Of a stretch of 64,000 bases of DNA, positions 11,170 to 25,300 are shown piece after piece (the stretch's first letter is position 1; every line of letters begins with the position of its first letter). The DNA lies in the NCBI RefSeq assembly GCF_030144855.1, contig NC_082730.1, forward strand, positions 14,508,001 through 14,572,000. Reading direction: 5' to 3'. The translations under genes were made by a program, and so were the position numbers. This DNA is from Hypanus sabinus. Its lineage: Eukaryota. The notes under the pieces are model-generated. The model saw nothing but the letters and a program-made list of their open reading frames with translations. It was not told where the DNA came from and made no database searches.

Positions 11170-14100
11170 CTTCTACATTGCCTTTAGCACTCTATATTTG
11201 TACTGGACTCCAACACTTTGCCAGCTATTGAGGTTAGGCTAACTGACCTATGATTTCTTTTCTTTTGCCTCCTCCCTCTGAAAGAGTGGAGTGAAATTTG
11301 CATTCTTTCAGTTCTCCAAGACCATGTCAGAATCAAGTGATCCTTGAAAGATCATGACAAATGCATTTGTTAACACTTCAGCAAATTCTCTCAGGTCTCT
11401 GGGATGTAGGCCATTTATTTCAGGTGATTTATCCACCTTAACACTTCTGAATTTGCCTTGCAATTTTCCTTTGTACTGGCAATGGCACTCACTCCTGCTC
11501 CATGACTCTCACGGACCTCTGGCGCACTGTTAGTGTCTTTCACAGTTAAGATTGATGTAAACTAACCATTAAGTTCATCTGCCATTTCTTTGTTCCCCAT
11601 TACTACCTCAGCAGTATCATTTTCCAGTGGTTCAATATCAACTCTCACCTCCGTTTTACTCTTGATATAACTGAAAAAACTTACAGTACCCTGCTTTATA
11701 TTATTGGATACTTTGCCCTCATTTTTCAGCTTCTCCCTTCTTATAACTTGTTCAGTTGCATTTTGTTGGATTTTAATAACTTCCCAATCATCCAACTGCC
11801 CACTCAGTTTTGCTACCTTTGCTTTTATGCAGTCCTTAACTTCCCTTGTCAGCCACGCTTGTCTACCCCTGACATTTAAGAATTTCTGTGGGACATATCT
11901 ATCCTGCGCCTTGTTAACTATTCCCAGAAACTTCAGCCACCTCTGCTCTGCTGTGATCCCTGCCAGTATCTCTCTCCAATCCACCTGTACAAGCTCCTCT
12001 CTCATGCCTCTGTAATTCCCTTTATTCCATTGCAATACTGATAGAGAAATGCTTCTCCCTCTCAAATTGTAGTATGATTTCAATCATATTATGATCCTAA
12101 GGGTTCCTATGCCGTAAGTTCCTAATAAGATCTGGATTATTACACAGCACCCAAAGTAAGATAGTGTTTCCCCCAAGTAAACTCAACCACCAGCCTCTCT
12201 AAAAAGCCGTCTCTTAGGGATTCAAGAAATCCCCCCTCTTGCGATCCAACATCAAACTACTTTTGCCAATCCATTAGCATATTGAAGTCCTTTTGCATAT
12301 TGAAGGCTTTCTTTACCCTTGCAGTTTGTTAATGCCGCTCATAAAGTTTCAACATTTTCTGACCCTGTCACGTGTTTCTAAAGAAGTAATTCCATCTCTT
12401 ACCAACAAAGTCAGAGAGCATTTAACTGGAGTAAGGAGAAATATGAGGTTATCAGGCGGGAGCTTGGAAGCATAAACTGGAAACAGATGTTCTCAGGGAA
12501 ACATATGGAAGAAGTGTGGCAAATATACAGGGGATATTTGTGTGGAGTTCTGCTTAGGTATGTTCCAATGAGACAGGGAAAGGATGTTCGGGTACAGGAA
12601 ATGTGGTGTACAAAGGCCGTTGTAAATCTACTCAAGAAGAATAGCTTACAAAAGGTTCAAAAAACTAGGTAATGTTAGAGATCTAGAAGAGTGGTTGTAG
12701 ACGGGTCATATTCTGTGTGGAGGTCGGTGACCAGTGGTGTGCCTCAGGGATCTCTTCTTGGACCCCTACGCTTCATGCTTTTTATAAATGACCTGGATGA
12801 GGAGGTGGAGGGATGGGTTAGTAAATTTGCTGATGACACAAAGGTTGGGGTTCTTGTGGGTAGTGTGGAGGGCTGTCAGAGGTTACAGCGGGACATTGAT
12901 AAAATGAAAAACTAGGCTGAGAAGTGGCAGCTGACGTTCAACCCAGATAAGTGTGAGGTGGTTCATTTTGGTAGGTCAAATGTGATGGCAGAATATAGTA
13001 TTAATGGTAAGACTCTTGGCAGTGTGGAGGATCAGCGGGATCATGGGGTTCTAATCCATAGGACTCTCAAAACTGCTGTGCAGGTTGACTCTGTGGTTAA
13101 GAAAGCATGCAGTGCATTGGCCTTCAACAATCATAGGATTGAGTTTACGAGCTGAGAGGTAATGTTGCAGCTGCATAGGATCCCTGGTGAGACCCCACGT
13201 GGAGTACTGTGCTCAGTTATTGTAGCCTTACTACAGGAAGGGTGTAGAAACCATAAAAAAGGTGCAAAGGAGATTTACAAGGATGTTGCCTTTTTTTTGG
13301 GCTTGCATATCAGAATACATGGAGTGAATGCGGCCTTTTCTCCTTGGAGCAATGGAGGATAAGAGGTGACCTGATAGAGGTAGATAAGATGATGAAAGGT
13401 ATTGAACATGTGGTTAGTCAGAGGCTTTTCCCCAGGGCTGAAATGGCTAGCACAAGAGAACACAGTTTTGAGGTGATTGGAAGTAGGTACAGAGGAGATG
13501 TCAAAGGTAAGATTTTTATGCAGAGAGTGATGAGTGCACGGAATGGGCTGCCGGCGACAGTGGTGGTGGCGGATATGATAGTGTCTTTTAAGAGACTCCT
13601 ATCTATGTACATGGAGCTTAGAAAAACAGAGGACTATGGGTAACTCTAGGTAATTTCTAAGGTAAGGACATGTTCGGCACAGCTTTGTGGGCCAAAGGGC
13701 CTGTATTGTACTGTAGGTTTTCTATATTTCTATGTTTCTAGACCAACAGCTATGCCTCCCTGCCTGTCTGTTCTTTGATATGAAGTTCCCAAATATAACC
13801 TTCTTTCAGCCACACCTCAGTGATGCCCACAATGTCATTCCGACCAGTCACTAATTGCGGCATGAGTTCATCCACATTTTTTTGAATACTACCTGCATTT
13901 AAGTCCAGTACCTTCAGTCCTGCATTCTTCACCCTTTTGAATTTTGACTCTGTGGTACAATTTAACTGCATTTGTACTGATTCATTGGCTTGTCTTCCTC
14001 ACATTCATATTACATCCATCATCTACTTGTAAACTTGCTGGCTCATCCTCAGGTCTATCATACTGTTTCTCATCCCCTGCCACATTAGTTTAAACCACTC

Positions 14101-15130
14101 CCAACAGCTTTAGGAAACCTGCCTGAAAAAATATTGGTCCACCTTGGATTCAAGTGCAACACATCCCTTTTGTACAGTCACACCTGCCCCAGAAGCGGTC
14201 TCAATGATCCATAAATCTGAATCCCTGCCCCGTACTCCAAACTCTTCAGCTGCACATTTATCTGCCCCCTCATTCTATTCCTATCCTCAATGTCATGTGG
14301 CACAGCCTGAAATATCAAGATTACCACCATTGAGGTCTTGCTTCTCAGCTTCCTTCCTAACTCTTTGTATTCTGTTTTCACCTCCCTCTTTCTACCAATG
14401 TTGTAAGTACCAATATGTAGCACAACTTCTGGCTGCTCAGCCTCCTTTTTCAGGATATTGTTGATGCGTTCAGAAACATTGTGGACCCCTGGTACCTGGG
14501 AGGCAAACAAACATCTGTGTTTCCTTATAGCATCGACAAAATTGATTATCTGTCTCCCTAACTTTAGATTCCCCTATCACTACTGCCTTCCTCTTCATTT
14601 CCCTATCCTTCTGAGCCACAGGGCCAGACTTAGTGCCAGTGACATGGCTGCTGTTGTTTCCCCCAAGTAGTTCTACCAAACCAACAGTACTAAAGATGAT
14701 GTACTTATTGTTGAGGGGAATGTCCACAGTGTTGCGCTCCAGTATCTGACATTTTGCCTTCCCTCTATTGACTGTCACCCATTTACCTGTCTCCTGTAGA
14801 GTTGGGGTGACTCCCTCCCTATAACTCCTGTCTATCACTTCTTCACTTTCCCGAACAAGCTGCAGATATGGAAATCCTATATCTGACACCCAGAACAGAA
14901 CACTGCCCCTGCAGATATAGCCACTATTCTTTCAAGAGTAAATAAGAAAAGGAATAAGAAATAAACTGACCTACTTCAATTGCTTCTGCCCGTTGTTGCT
15001 GAAGCCTGTCAAGCCAAAGCCTTACCACTCTGACTCAGACCATTCCAAAGATGACTGCTCCACCTGGATGACACCACTCTTGTATGAAAATGAGCTTTTC
15101 CAAGTCCTGCTCCGGACCTGTGCAGAATGT
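11170..15130 (-). mobile_element. Large decayed CR1 LINE (5' UTR, esterase-type ORF1, endonuclease/linker ORF2), split by a nested insertion
   Basis: ORFs with EQPEVVLHIGT, CLPG and DIVGITE.WL, and WNKGNYRGMREEL..VDW. Confidence 0.8.
12408..13741 (+). mobile_element. CR1 LINE nested in the older CR1, internally deleted
   Basis: VTSGVPQGSLLGP...SKFADDTKVG RT motifs, (ttctatg)-type tail, and an ACCAACA direct repeat at 12401-12407 and 13742-13748. Confidence 0.85.
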
Positions 15131-15608
15131 TTCTACTGTGTCTGCTCGTCTTTCCAGTCAGTGATTCCTGCTGAAAAATGGCTGCCTTATCAAGCTCCGC
15201 TCTGGACATTTGTGGAAGTGCTTCTACTGCATCTGTGCCACTTTCCAATCAGAGAAATTGGAGATATTTGAAGTGGAGGTATATTGATTCTTGATTGGTA
15301 AAGGCAACAAAGGTAATGAGGAGATGGCAGGAGAATGAGTTTGGGAGGGCCTAATTCTGCTCTTATGCCTTTTGGTCATATGGGCTTCTAATACACACGC
15401 CAATCTGGTGAATCTCTTCTGCAACATGAATTCTTGAGTGTTCAATGGTCGTCCAATGCCATAGGCCCTCTTTACCACCTACTTTACCATCTCCCTCAGT
15501 TCCAAATCTCGGGGAGGTATGGAATTGCACTCCCAGATTTGTACATCATTCTGGACCTGCCTTGGTGACAATTCAGTCAAACACGAGAGAGGAGAAAGAC
15601 ATGACATG

Positions 15609-15644
15609 AGTCCTGATGAAGGGTGTCAGCCTGAAATGTCAACT
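15609..15644 (+). ncRNA. Minimal hammerhead-like motif with intact CUGAUGA and GAAA boxes
   Basis: AGTC-CTGATGA-AGGGTGTCAGCCT-GAAATGTC-AACT. Stems are weak. Confidence 0.45.
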
Positions 15645-18600
15645 ATTTGCTCTTTTCCAGAGATTCAACCTGGCCTGCTGAGTTCAGCATTTGGCATGTA
15701 TTGCTATAATTTTTGTGAATTTGCTGCTGTGGGGGAAGCAAAGTAGGAAATAAGTGAGAGGTTGAAGGGGCTTTTCATGCAAGCTCAGCATTCACACTTG
15801 GTTTCATTCCCGCTCCTCTCTAAAGGATGATTTTGCTCTTTGAAGGTATCTTTAAAGCTCATATTCCGTCTGTCGGTGCAATTTCCAGAGCTCAGATGGG
15901 ATTTCACTTTGCTTCAGTTAGCTGTGATGGGAAACCTTCTGAATGGAATCCTACATTCACAATGGGTAAAATCCATGTCAGATCTGTCCTTTAACCAAAT
16001 AATGTCTATTTTGACAGGACATTAGCTGTAATGGTCTGAATCCTCGAGTATCTGTTCATTTCCATAGATTCTGCCCGACCTGCTGAGTTCCTCCAGTATT
16101 TTGTGTGTGTTGCTTTTGATTTCATTGTAGAGCGAGGGTTGAGGTGATCCAAGAATATTCAACATTTATTTTTATGAATTTTAGTTGCTGACTTAGCAAT
16201 TGTTTAAAAACACTTAATTTCACATTGATAAAAATAGAAATGATAAAAATAATTCAGAATACACAGAGAGCATTTGTGACTTTGGGTTTATTATTTTGGG
16301 TGTATAAGATAATGAGAGGCATTGATTGCGTGGCTAGTCAGAGGCTTTTTTCCCCAGGGCTGAAATGGCTGGCACGAGAGGGCACAGTGAAAAGGTGATT
16401 GGAAGAAAGTGCAGTGGATATATCAGGGGTATGTTTTTTACACAGAGAGTGGTGAGTGCATGGAATGGGCTGCCGGTGACGGTGATGGAGATGGATACGA
16501 TAGGGTCTTTTAAGAGACTCCTGGAAAGGTATATGGATCTCAGAAAAATAGAGAGCTATGGGTAACCCTAGGTAGTTTCTCATTTAAGGACATGTTTGGC
16601 ACAGCTTTGTGTGCCAAAGTGCTTGTATTGAGCTGTGGGTTTTCGATGTTTCTATTACATTTGTTTTAGGGCAAATCAGTGCAGTATATTAGCCATGACT
16701 GTACAGGGTATATCTGGTTAAATTCTGTACATTGTATAGCATGAGTGCTGACTCTATTTCATCAGTCACTTCTGTCATCAGTGTAATGTTCACACTCAGT
16801 GAAGGATGTGGTCAGAACTTCTATCTTCTTTACTTGACTTAAAAAACAGACTCTAGAGAAGTGCCAATGGATGCTACACGTTGACCTATTGCTCTGATCT
16901 CTTCCTGCATTGCACCATGACTTCTTGGAAAGCTTCTCAGACTTCTCAAAACTTCTTCTCAAAACACTCCTCAAAACTTCTCAAATACTTTGGTTCAATA
17001 TGCTGATGAGATGCAAAACATCTTCAGCAAAGCATTTCTGTTTCAGCAGCTAGATCACTCAACAACAATAACAATTCTGTGAAGAAAAGTGAAAAGGCCT
17101 TTTATATTTGCTTTTAATCCTAATCCTAGTCCTGTGCATTACTGTAAATACAATGGTGGGACCTTAAAATGCTTTCCATTTGGTTATTGAGATGATATCC
17201 TAGAACTGCAGCTTTAGAAGGCATTGGTCAGACCACACTTGGAATATAGTGAACAATTCTGGGCCTCTTGTGTATTAAAGGGTGGGTTGTAATTGGGGAG
17301 GGTCCCAGGAGTGAAAGGGTCAATGTATGAGGAGTGTTTGATGGCCTGGGCTTGTACTCATTGGAGTTTAGAAGAATGAGGGGTGTTGTCATTGAAACCT
17401 CTTCAGTAGTGAAGGCCCAAATCCTGGATGGCGTGTATGTGGAGAGGATGTTTCCTGAAGTGTGGGTGTATCGGAGCAGAGGGCAAAGCCTCAGAATAAA
17501 AGACATCCCTTTATAACAAGGGTGAGAAGGAATTAATTTTGTCAGAGGATGCTGAATCTGTGAAATTCATTGCCACAGACAGCTGTGGAGGCCAAGTCAT
17601 TGTGTGTATTTAAATTGGAGTTTGATAGGCTTTTGATTAGTAAGGGTGTCAAAAGTTATGAGCTGAATGTGGTTGAGGGTGGTAATAAAACAGCCATTAT
17701 AGAAGAGCAGACCAGACTGAATGGGCTGAATAGCCTATTACTATTCCTATGGTCATTTTGTCTTCTGGTCTTCTGGTCTTAAGAGATGGAATAATGAAGG
17801 AAGAGTTTGGTACAATTTGTTTACATGAGGCATCCATCAGTTCTTCCCTGAATCTGTTTTGTAAGAGAAGTAAAAAGAATACAAGTTCCAGGCATCTCCT
17901 TTGTGATTTGCTTTGGGACGTTCTTGGAAAGGGAAAGGGTCCCTTTCAGAATCAGAATCAGGTTACTGTCACTGTCTTCTGATGTGAAATGTCTTTTTTG
18001 CAGCAAAAACAAAGCATGTCCATTCCCTCAGACCATTAGGGAGCTCAGGATTAACAAATCGAGATTTGCATGTCCGACCAGTGCATCTGCAATTAGCTTC
18101 GGATAATCAACAGCATGAGGTAACGTTGACCTGAAGATGCAACAAGCTCCAAACAGAGTCTGGTGTTACTGCTTCCCATCCTCACAGAGCAGGTGAAGGA
18201 TATTGTGTCACATTCCTCCTTGTTAGTTATGTATTTCAAAGTTCAAAATTCAAATTAGGTTGATTATCAAAGTATAATACATAAAAGTGCAGTTCACTTC
18301 TCTTACTTTCAAGACTATTGTACACTCATGGGTGACAGTCACAGATCAGTACTGAGACAAGTTATGCCTTCTATTTGCAGATTCACACCCTGATGACCAA
18401 TGCAAGCTGCAATAATTTGCAGCTCACTCATTTTATTCAGCACCCAACTTTCATTTCCATTGCTCGTTCTCCTTTAAGACTTTTGTACAGTGACTGGAAA
18501 TTTTCACCCTGTTTCCCTTTCTCACTCTGTTTCTATAAAATATGTTACGAAAGGTCAATAATCATGCACATTATGAAATTTCAAAATGCACATGGTCAAT

Positions 18601-18741
18601 TTATTAACAAAGTATGCTAATGTAGGGCTCTCAGTACCATTATCTGTGGCATTAACTGCTCAGGCCAACAAAATGGCTTCTCTGTATTGCTATAATGAAA
18701 TGGTTTCTCTATAATGTTTCTTAATGCCGTTATGAGTGTCT

Positions 18742-19100
18742 GTTACAGGAATGTTTGGTATAACTGCGGTTAAGGGGGGAACTAACCAATGGAGAATTGT
18801 TATGCTGTCTTGTATGTGTGAGCTGGGCGGGAGCTTGCAGTCCTTTTCTGGAGGCAAGCAACGAGGACAGACATGTGAGGAGCGGACAGTGGTTCCAGGG
18901 CAGCGGTTACTGGACGTCGACGGTTCGGACGGTGGCCGAAGGCTCGGAAGGTCATTGTGGATTGAACCGCAGGTGTGAGCTCCAAAGTATTGAACTATTA
19001 TGTGCACAAATTTATAAACTTACAGATTTGGCGCCTTTAGTTTATCTGTTTTGACTAACCGTTCACAAACAAATAACCATAAAATTGTAATTATTTAAAA
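18742..19100 (+). mobile_element. LTR-like fragment, 3' truncated
   Basis: Starts TGTTAC, CpG-rich, absent from the paralogous modules. Confidence 0.4.
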
Positions 19101-19109
19101 GCCCCTTTT

Positions 19110-19430
19110 ATTCCCACTTACTGACTCCTGCTTGTCAGCCATTTTGCTATCCATGCCAATATCTTTACTGTAACACCACAGGATTTTACCTTGTTAATCA
19201 GCCTCGTGTGCGGCACCTTATCAAACACCCTCTGAAAATCCAAATAAATGACATCCACTGCCTCTCCTTTGTCCACCCTCAAAGAAGTCTTGTCAGGCAA
19301 GATTTCCTTCACAGAAACCATGCTGAATTTGACATGTTTTATCATTAGTCTCCAAGTACCTCAACACTCATCCTTAATAATGGACACCAACAGTTTCCCA
19401 GCCACTGAGGTTTGGCTAATTGGCCAGATA
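19110..19430 (-). mobile_element. CR1 RT fragment; paralog at 47640-47975
   Basis: VDKGEAVDVIYLDFQRVFDKVPH. Confidence 0.8.
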
Positions 19431-19949
19431 TTATACTGAGAACATGAGTTGTAGAGTCCTTGCAGGTGAGTCCATAGATTGTGTTCAGTGATCATTACAT
19501 TGTTGGAGTGCCTGATGTTATCCACCCAGGTTCAGGGGCCTGATGCCTGCACTGTTCCTGAGACCTAGGGCTCCAGTACCTCCTTCCTGATGGCAGCAGC
19601 GAGAAGAGAGCATGCTTGGATGATGTGGGTCCTTTATGATGGACTCTGCCCTCTTGTGCAGATGTGCAATGTGTAGATGTGCTCATTGGTAGGCTGGGCT
19701 TTACCAATCAACTGATCCGATTACTCTAAACCAGTCTCCATACAGAGCATCCCCGAGTAATGAATGGTTCTGTTTTTACAGATGCCTGTTCATCAATATT
19801 GCCTGCAAAGCAGAAAACAGACAATTGTCACTGAATATGTTATCTATACCTTCATGGTATTGTAATGGAAGGCATCAACTACATATAAAACTGGGACAAA
19901 AGAGAAATTCTGAAAAGTGGGGAGAATATAAATTAGTTCTGTTATTTGT

Positions 19950-22375
19950 AGGAACATAGAACTGTACAGCACAGTTTGAGTTCTTCGGCCCACACTGTTG
20001 CGCCAATCGATACTCCATGATCAATCTAATCCTTCCATCCTACAAAGCCTGTGACAGTCTGTTTCCAGACATAAATGTATGTGCCGATCTAAGAGCCTCT
20101 AAATGTCCACATCGTATCAGCCTCTGCCACCATGCCAGCAGTGCATTCCATGAACTCAGCAATGTGTAGTAAAACTTGTATCTTACACCTCCCCTGGGAC
20201 AAAAGACACTCAAAGCCGCTGCACAGGTTGATTCTGTGATTAAGAAGGCATATGGTTCATTGGCCTTCATCAACCAGTTTAAGAGCCAAGAGGTAATGTT
20301 ACAGCTAAGTAGGACCCTGGTCAGACCCCACTTGGAATACTGTGCTCAATTCTGGTCACCTCACTAAAGGAAGGATGTGTAAACTATATAAAGGGTGCAG
20401 AGGAGTTTTACAAGGATGTTGCCTAGATTGGGGAGCATGCCTTATGAGAACAGCTTGAGTGAACTTGGCCTTTCTCCTTAGATTGGCAATGGATGAGATG
20501 TGACCTGATAGAGGTGTATAAGATGAGATGCATTCATTGTGTGAATTATCAGAGGCTTTTGCCAGGTAATTTCTAAAGTACGTACATGTTTGGCACAGCA
20601 TTGTGGGCTGAAGGGCCGGTATTGTGCTGTAGTTTTTCTATGATGTATGTCTAAACTGCCCTCCACTCACCTTAAATGGATGTCCTCTGATATTGGTCAT
20701 TGTCACCATGAGAAGGAACTGCTGCCTGTCCACTCGGTCTATGCCTTATACACCTCTTCTACATCACTCTACCAAGTTATTTCTCACCCTCCTTTGCCCA
20801 AAGAGAAAATCACTGGCCCACTCCACATTTACTTTTCCTCATAAGACGTGTTCTTTGATCCAGGCAGCATCTTGGTAAACCTCCTCTGCACCCTCTCTGA
20901 AGTTTCCTCAACTAACCAACAATGAGACAATCAGAACTGAACTAAATTCTCCAAGTGTGATTGAACCAGAGTTTTATAGAGTGTAACGTTACCTTGTGGC
21001 TCAGTCTTGTTCATGTGTAGAAGTGTCCAAATGTCAGGAATTTTCAACCTGGGAATGAATTCAATAGTCTTTTATCCTATACATCATACCCCCAACAGAT
21101 CTGCTTTTTAAACTGACATTCTTCCACTCTTAACCTAGATCTGAGGAGTGGTGCCTGACCTGAAACTGTGTTTAATGAAAGGTCCCTGTTATGGTTATGG
21201 CTCCAAAACTATAAACAAATTCAACAGAAAATGAGAAAGCTAAGAAATGTGAATCTCAGTATGTGTTTTTACCATGTGAGGCTTGCACGTAAATGTGGTA
21301 TTATCCTGAAATAGGCAACTCTAGTCTTTTACTTATAAACTGTAATGAATTATTGCAACAAACAAGAATGCATAATCAGTATTTACAATATTGTTTAATG
21401 TTACATTGTCAGGCTGCAACTAGCGTATATCAACAGGTTGGAGCCCATAACCCAGAAAGGATGTGTTGTCATTGGAGAGAGTCCATTCTTGAAAGTTTCC
21501 CAAGAATGATTCTGGGAATGAAGGGGTTAATATATGAGGAGCATATTACAGCTTTGGACCTGTACTCAATTGAACTTAAAACAATGCATGGGGATCTCAT
21601 TGAAAACTACCGAATGTTGAAGGGACTAGATAAGGTGGATGTGGGTAGGATGTTTCCTATGGTGGGGTTATATAAAACTTGAGGGCACATCCTCAAAATT
21701 GAGGGCTGTCCTTTTAGAACAGAGGTAAGGAGGAACAGAGGTAAGATAACTCTCTTTTGGCTAGAGAGTAGTGAATCTGTAGGTATTGTTAAGGTGGATT
21801 TTGAGAGGTTCCAGATTGGTCAGGGCATCAAAGAATATGACAAGAAGGCAGGTGTCTGGGTTGAGTGGGATCTGGGATCAGCCATGCTGGAATGGCAAAG
21901 CAGCTTCAATGCGCTGAATATTCTAATTCTGGTCCTATGTCTTATGGACTTATGGTGTTATCTCTTCTTTAGCAGAGTACCAAAACTGAACATAATACTC
22001 CAGGTGTCATCTCACCAGTTCTCTTGTACAAATGAAATATCATATTCCAACTTATCTACTCTGACTGATGCCTAAAGTCTTCTTCACTGCCTGTCCACCT
22101 CTGACTACACGGTCCAGGAACCATGTACTGAATTCCAAGATCCCATTGTTCTTTAACACTTCCTCGGGCCTGACCGAGCTCTGAGAAAGTCTGACTTGAT
22201 TTGATTTTGGAAATGGAAAACTCAGCCCATATCTGAACTGCACTCTTTTTGCTATTACATAGCCCAAATGGCCAGCAGATCAAGTTCCTGTGTAGTTCTT
22301 CAAAATTCTGTTTACTGTCTAAAGAACTACCTGTCTGAGTGTCATCTACAAATGACACATTGTTTTCATTGAAAC
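19950..22375. mobile_element. Cluster of CR1 fragments in both orientations (plus-strand 3' piece at about 20180-20645 nested in a minus-strand copy)
   Basis: LVRPHLEYCAQFWSPH, GLDKVDVGRMFP and FVDDTQ motifs. Confidence 0.7.
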
Positions 22376-25300
22376 TTTGGTTAACCCAACAGGTTGTTAC
22401 ATTCTGCTAATTGCTCTTCCAGGAACCTATGAGTCAGTGTACATCAGTGAATATCACAGCGAGGGGAAGCTGTATCTTGGGGTATGGCAAATACACAAGT
22501 GTAATTCATTTCAGAGTATGGGATGAGATTAATGATGGAGCAGTCATGGAGAATACAGCATGACAATTCTTTCAGTGTAGGAATTGAATCTAATATCCTA
22601 AAAATTAACAGGATAAGAAGAAACTAGGCTTGCTTTCCTTGGAGCTTATGGGGTTAAGAATGGATATGATTGAGGGGTGTAACATTATGAAATGTACCGT
22701 GTTTATAGACAACAAGGATCTTTCCCATTCTTGGAGATGACATAGATTTAGAAGGGATTTGAATGAATTGTTTTTACCCAGAGACTGGTGGAAAAAGAGT
22801 CAAGTCAGTGCTTGTGAAGTGCAGAATGACATCTTCAGTCACATCTACATAGAAAGCTTTGGGCCATGTTTGGGAAGATAGGGTTTATATACAGTGCTGA
22901 GTAAATGTCTTCAGCACATGTAAAATAATGCTGTAAGATGAAGATACTTTCAAAAATAATGAAATGAGAAGTTTCTAAATAACACAAAAATGCTATAAAG
23001 AGTAGGAAATAGAAAAAAAAACTAAAAGAAATTCAGTATTGGGTATGGCAACACTTTGCCTTTAAACGTACATCAGTTCTCTTAGATACCCTGTTGAGAA
23101 GTTGTATAATAAAGTTGTCTGGTAGTTTGTCCCAAGCATCATAGAAAACTTGCCACGGTTCTTAATTGGCTTGCTGACATTTTATTTGCTGATAAACACT
23201 TAATTTCACATTGTTTATAAATAGATAAATGATAAAATAATTCCGTGTACACACAGAGGTTTTGTTGTTACTTTGAGTTTTTTTTACAGTTGTTTTAGGA
23301 GAAAACAGTGCAGTTTGTTAGCCATTAATGTGTATCTGCTTAAATTCTGTACTTTCTATGGTACGAGTACTGACTCTATTGCATCAGCTACTCCTGTCAT
23401 CTGTGTAATGTTCACCCTCAGCAAAGGCTGCAGTGAGAAGTTCCGTCTTCTTTATTTATCTTAAGAAAAAAATATAGAGAAGTGCCAATGGATGCTACAT
23501 AGAAATAAATGGTTCTGTCCTCTTTTTGCATTTCTCCATCACTTCTTGGAAAACATTTCAATAACTGTGGTTCAATATTCTGATGAGAACAAATGTAGAG
23601 ATAGATCTTTAGTAAAGTATCTTTGTTTCAGCAACTAGATAACTGACCAACTATTTGGTGAAGAAAAGTAAAATGGCTATTTTACCGTTGTTTTTAAACC
23701 TAATGCCAATTGTGTGCACACTGGTGGGATTGTAGAACGTTTACCACTCTGTTGCTGACAAGTTATCCAAGAACTGCAGCTTTATAGGTTATTGGTTAGA
23801 CTGCACTTGGAATATGGTGAACAGTTTTGTGCCTTTTATCTTCAAAAGGATGTTTTCTAACTGGAAAGGTGACCAAAGGAGGTTCCATAGAACGACCCAG
23901 CAATGAAAGGGTTAATGTACGAGGAACGTTCAATGGCTGTTGAGCTGTACTCACTGGAGTTTCGAAGAATGGTGGAGGTGGGGGGAGGAGTTCTCATTAA
24001 ATCTTTTGTACTCTGTACCGAAGGACCAGGAACCTAAGTGAAGTGTATATGGAGAGGATGTTTCCTGTGGTGGGTGATTTCCTGACCAGCAGGTGCTGAT
24101 TCTTTGGATTTAATTCCACAGAATGCTGTGGAGGACAAATCATTGGATATATTTAAAGCAGGGTTTGATAGGGTTCTGATTAGTAAGCGTGTCAAAGGTT
24201 ATGGGGAAAATAGGGTTGAGGGAGATAATAAATCAGCCATTAAAGAATGAGGAACAGACTCAATGGGCTGAATGGGCTCAGGTTTAACAGGTCCAGATTC
24301 ATAAGTGGGAACACTGCATCTGGAATTATCTCTGGCTCACCAACATCCATCAGATAACCCTGAGCTGAAGATGTAATGAGCTCCAAACTACTCTGGTGTT
24401 ACTGCTTCACCTCCTCACATAGCAGGTAAAGGATATTATGTGATATTCCTCCTTCTCAGTGAGGCATTTCAAAGTTCAAAATTCAAATTAATTACTGAAC
24501 ATGTGCACGTCACCGTATTGTACCCTGATTATAATGACAATCACGCAGTTCAGCTTCTCTCACTTTCAAGACCCTTTATTGTACACTCATGGGTTACAGT
24601 CACAGATCAGTACTGAGAAAAGTTACACCTTCCATTTGCAGATTCACACCATGATGACCAAAGCAAGTTGCAATAATGAGCAGCTCACACATTTTATTCT
24701 GCTGCCAAACTTATTTCCATTGTTTGTTTTTCTTTAAGATCTTTGTACAGTGACCAGAAGTATTCATGATGTGTCGCTTTCCCACTCCATTTCTACAAGA
24801 TGTGTTTTGAAATGGCCATAATCACACACCTTATCAAATTTCAACATATATATACTAAATTTCTTATCAAAGTACATTTATGTCGTCACATTCTACCCTG
24901 AGATTCATTTTCTTACAGTATGTCAAAGAAATACAATAGATTCAATGAAAACGGCACACAGATATGCACAAAAAACTATGTGCAAAGGAAGACAAAATGT
25001 GAAATACAATAAATAATAACTAAATAAATAAATAACACTCAGAATATGAATTGTAGAATCCCTGCAAGTAAATCAATATGCTGTGTTCAGTGATTATTTC
25101 ACTGTTGGGGTGAGTGAAGTTATTCACACTGCTTCAGGAACCTGATGGCTGAACTATCCCTGAACCTGGTCATTTGGTATCGTACTTCCTTCCATTGACA
25201 GCAGCAGGAAGACAGTGTGTTTCGATGATGGGAGTCCTTGATGATAATCCTCCTGTCTTATGGCATTACTCCTCTGTTGGTGTGCTCACTGGAGAGCTGG

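Noticed and set aside
15840-16025. LRR-like words (LQLAVMGNLL, DLSFNQI; LQLDVRGNNL at about 45320) in the duplicated module
   Set aside because: The frame is not shared among copies A, B and D, two of three have an upstream stop, and the spacing (about 20 aa) does not fit well. A profile search would be needed to revive it.
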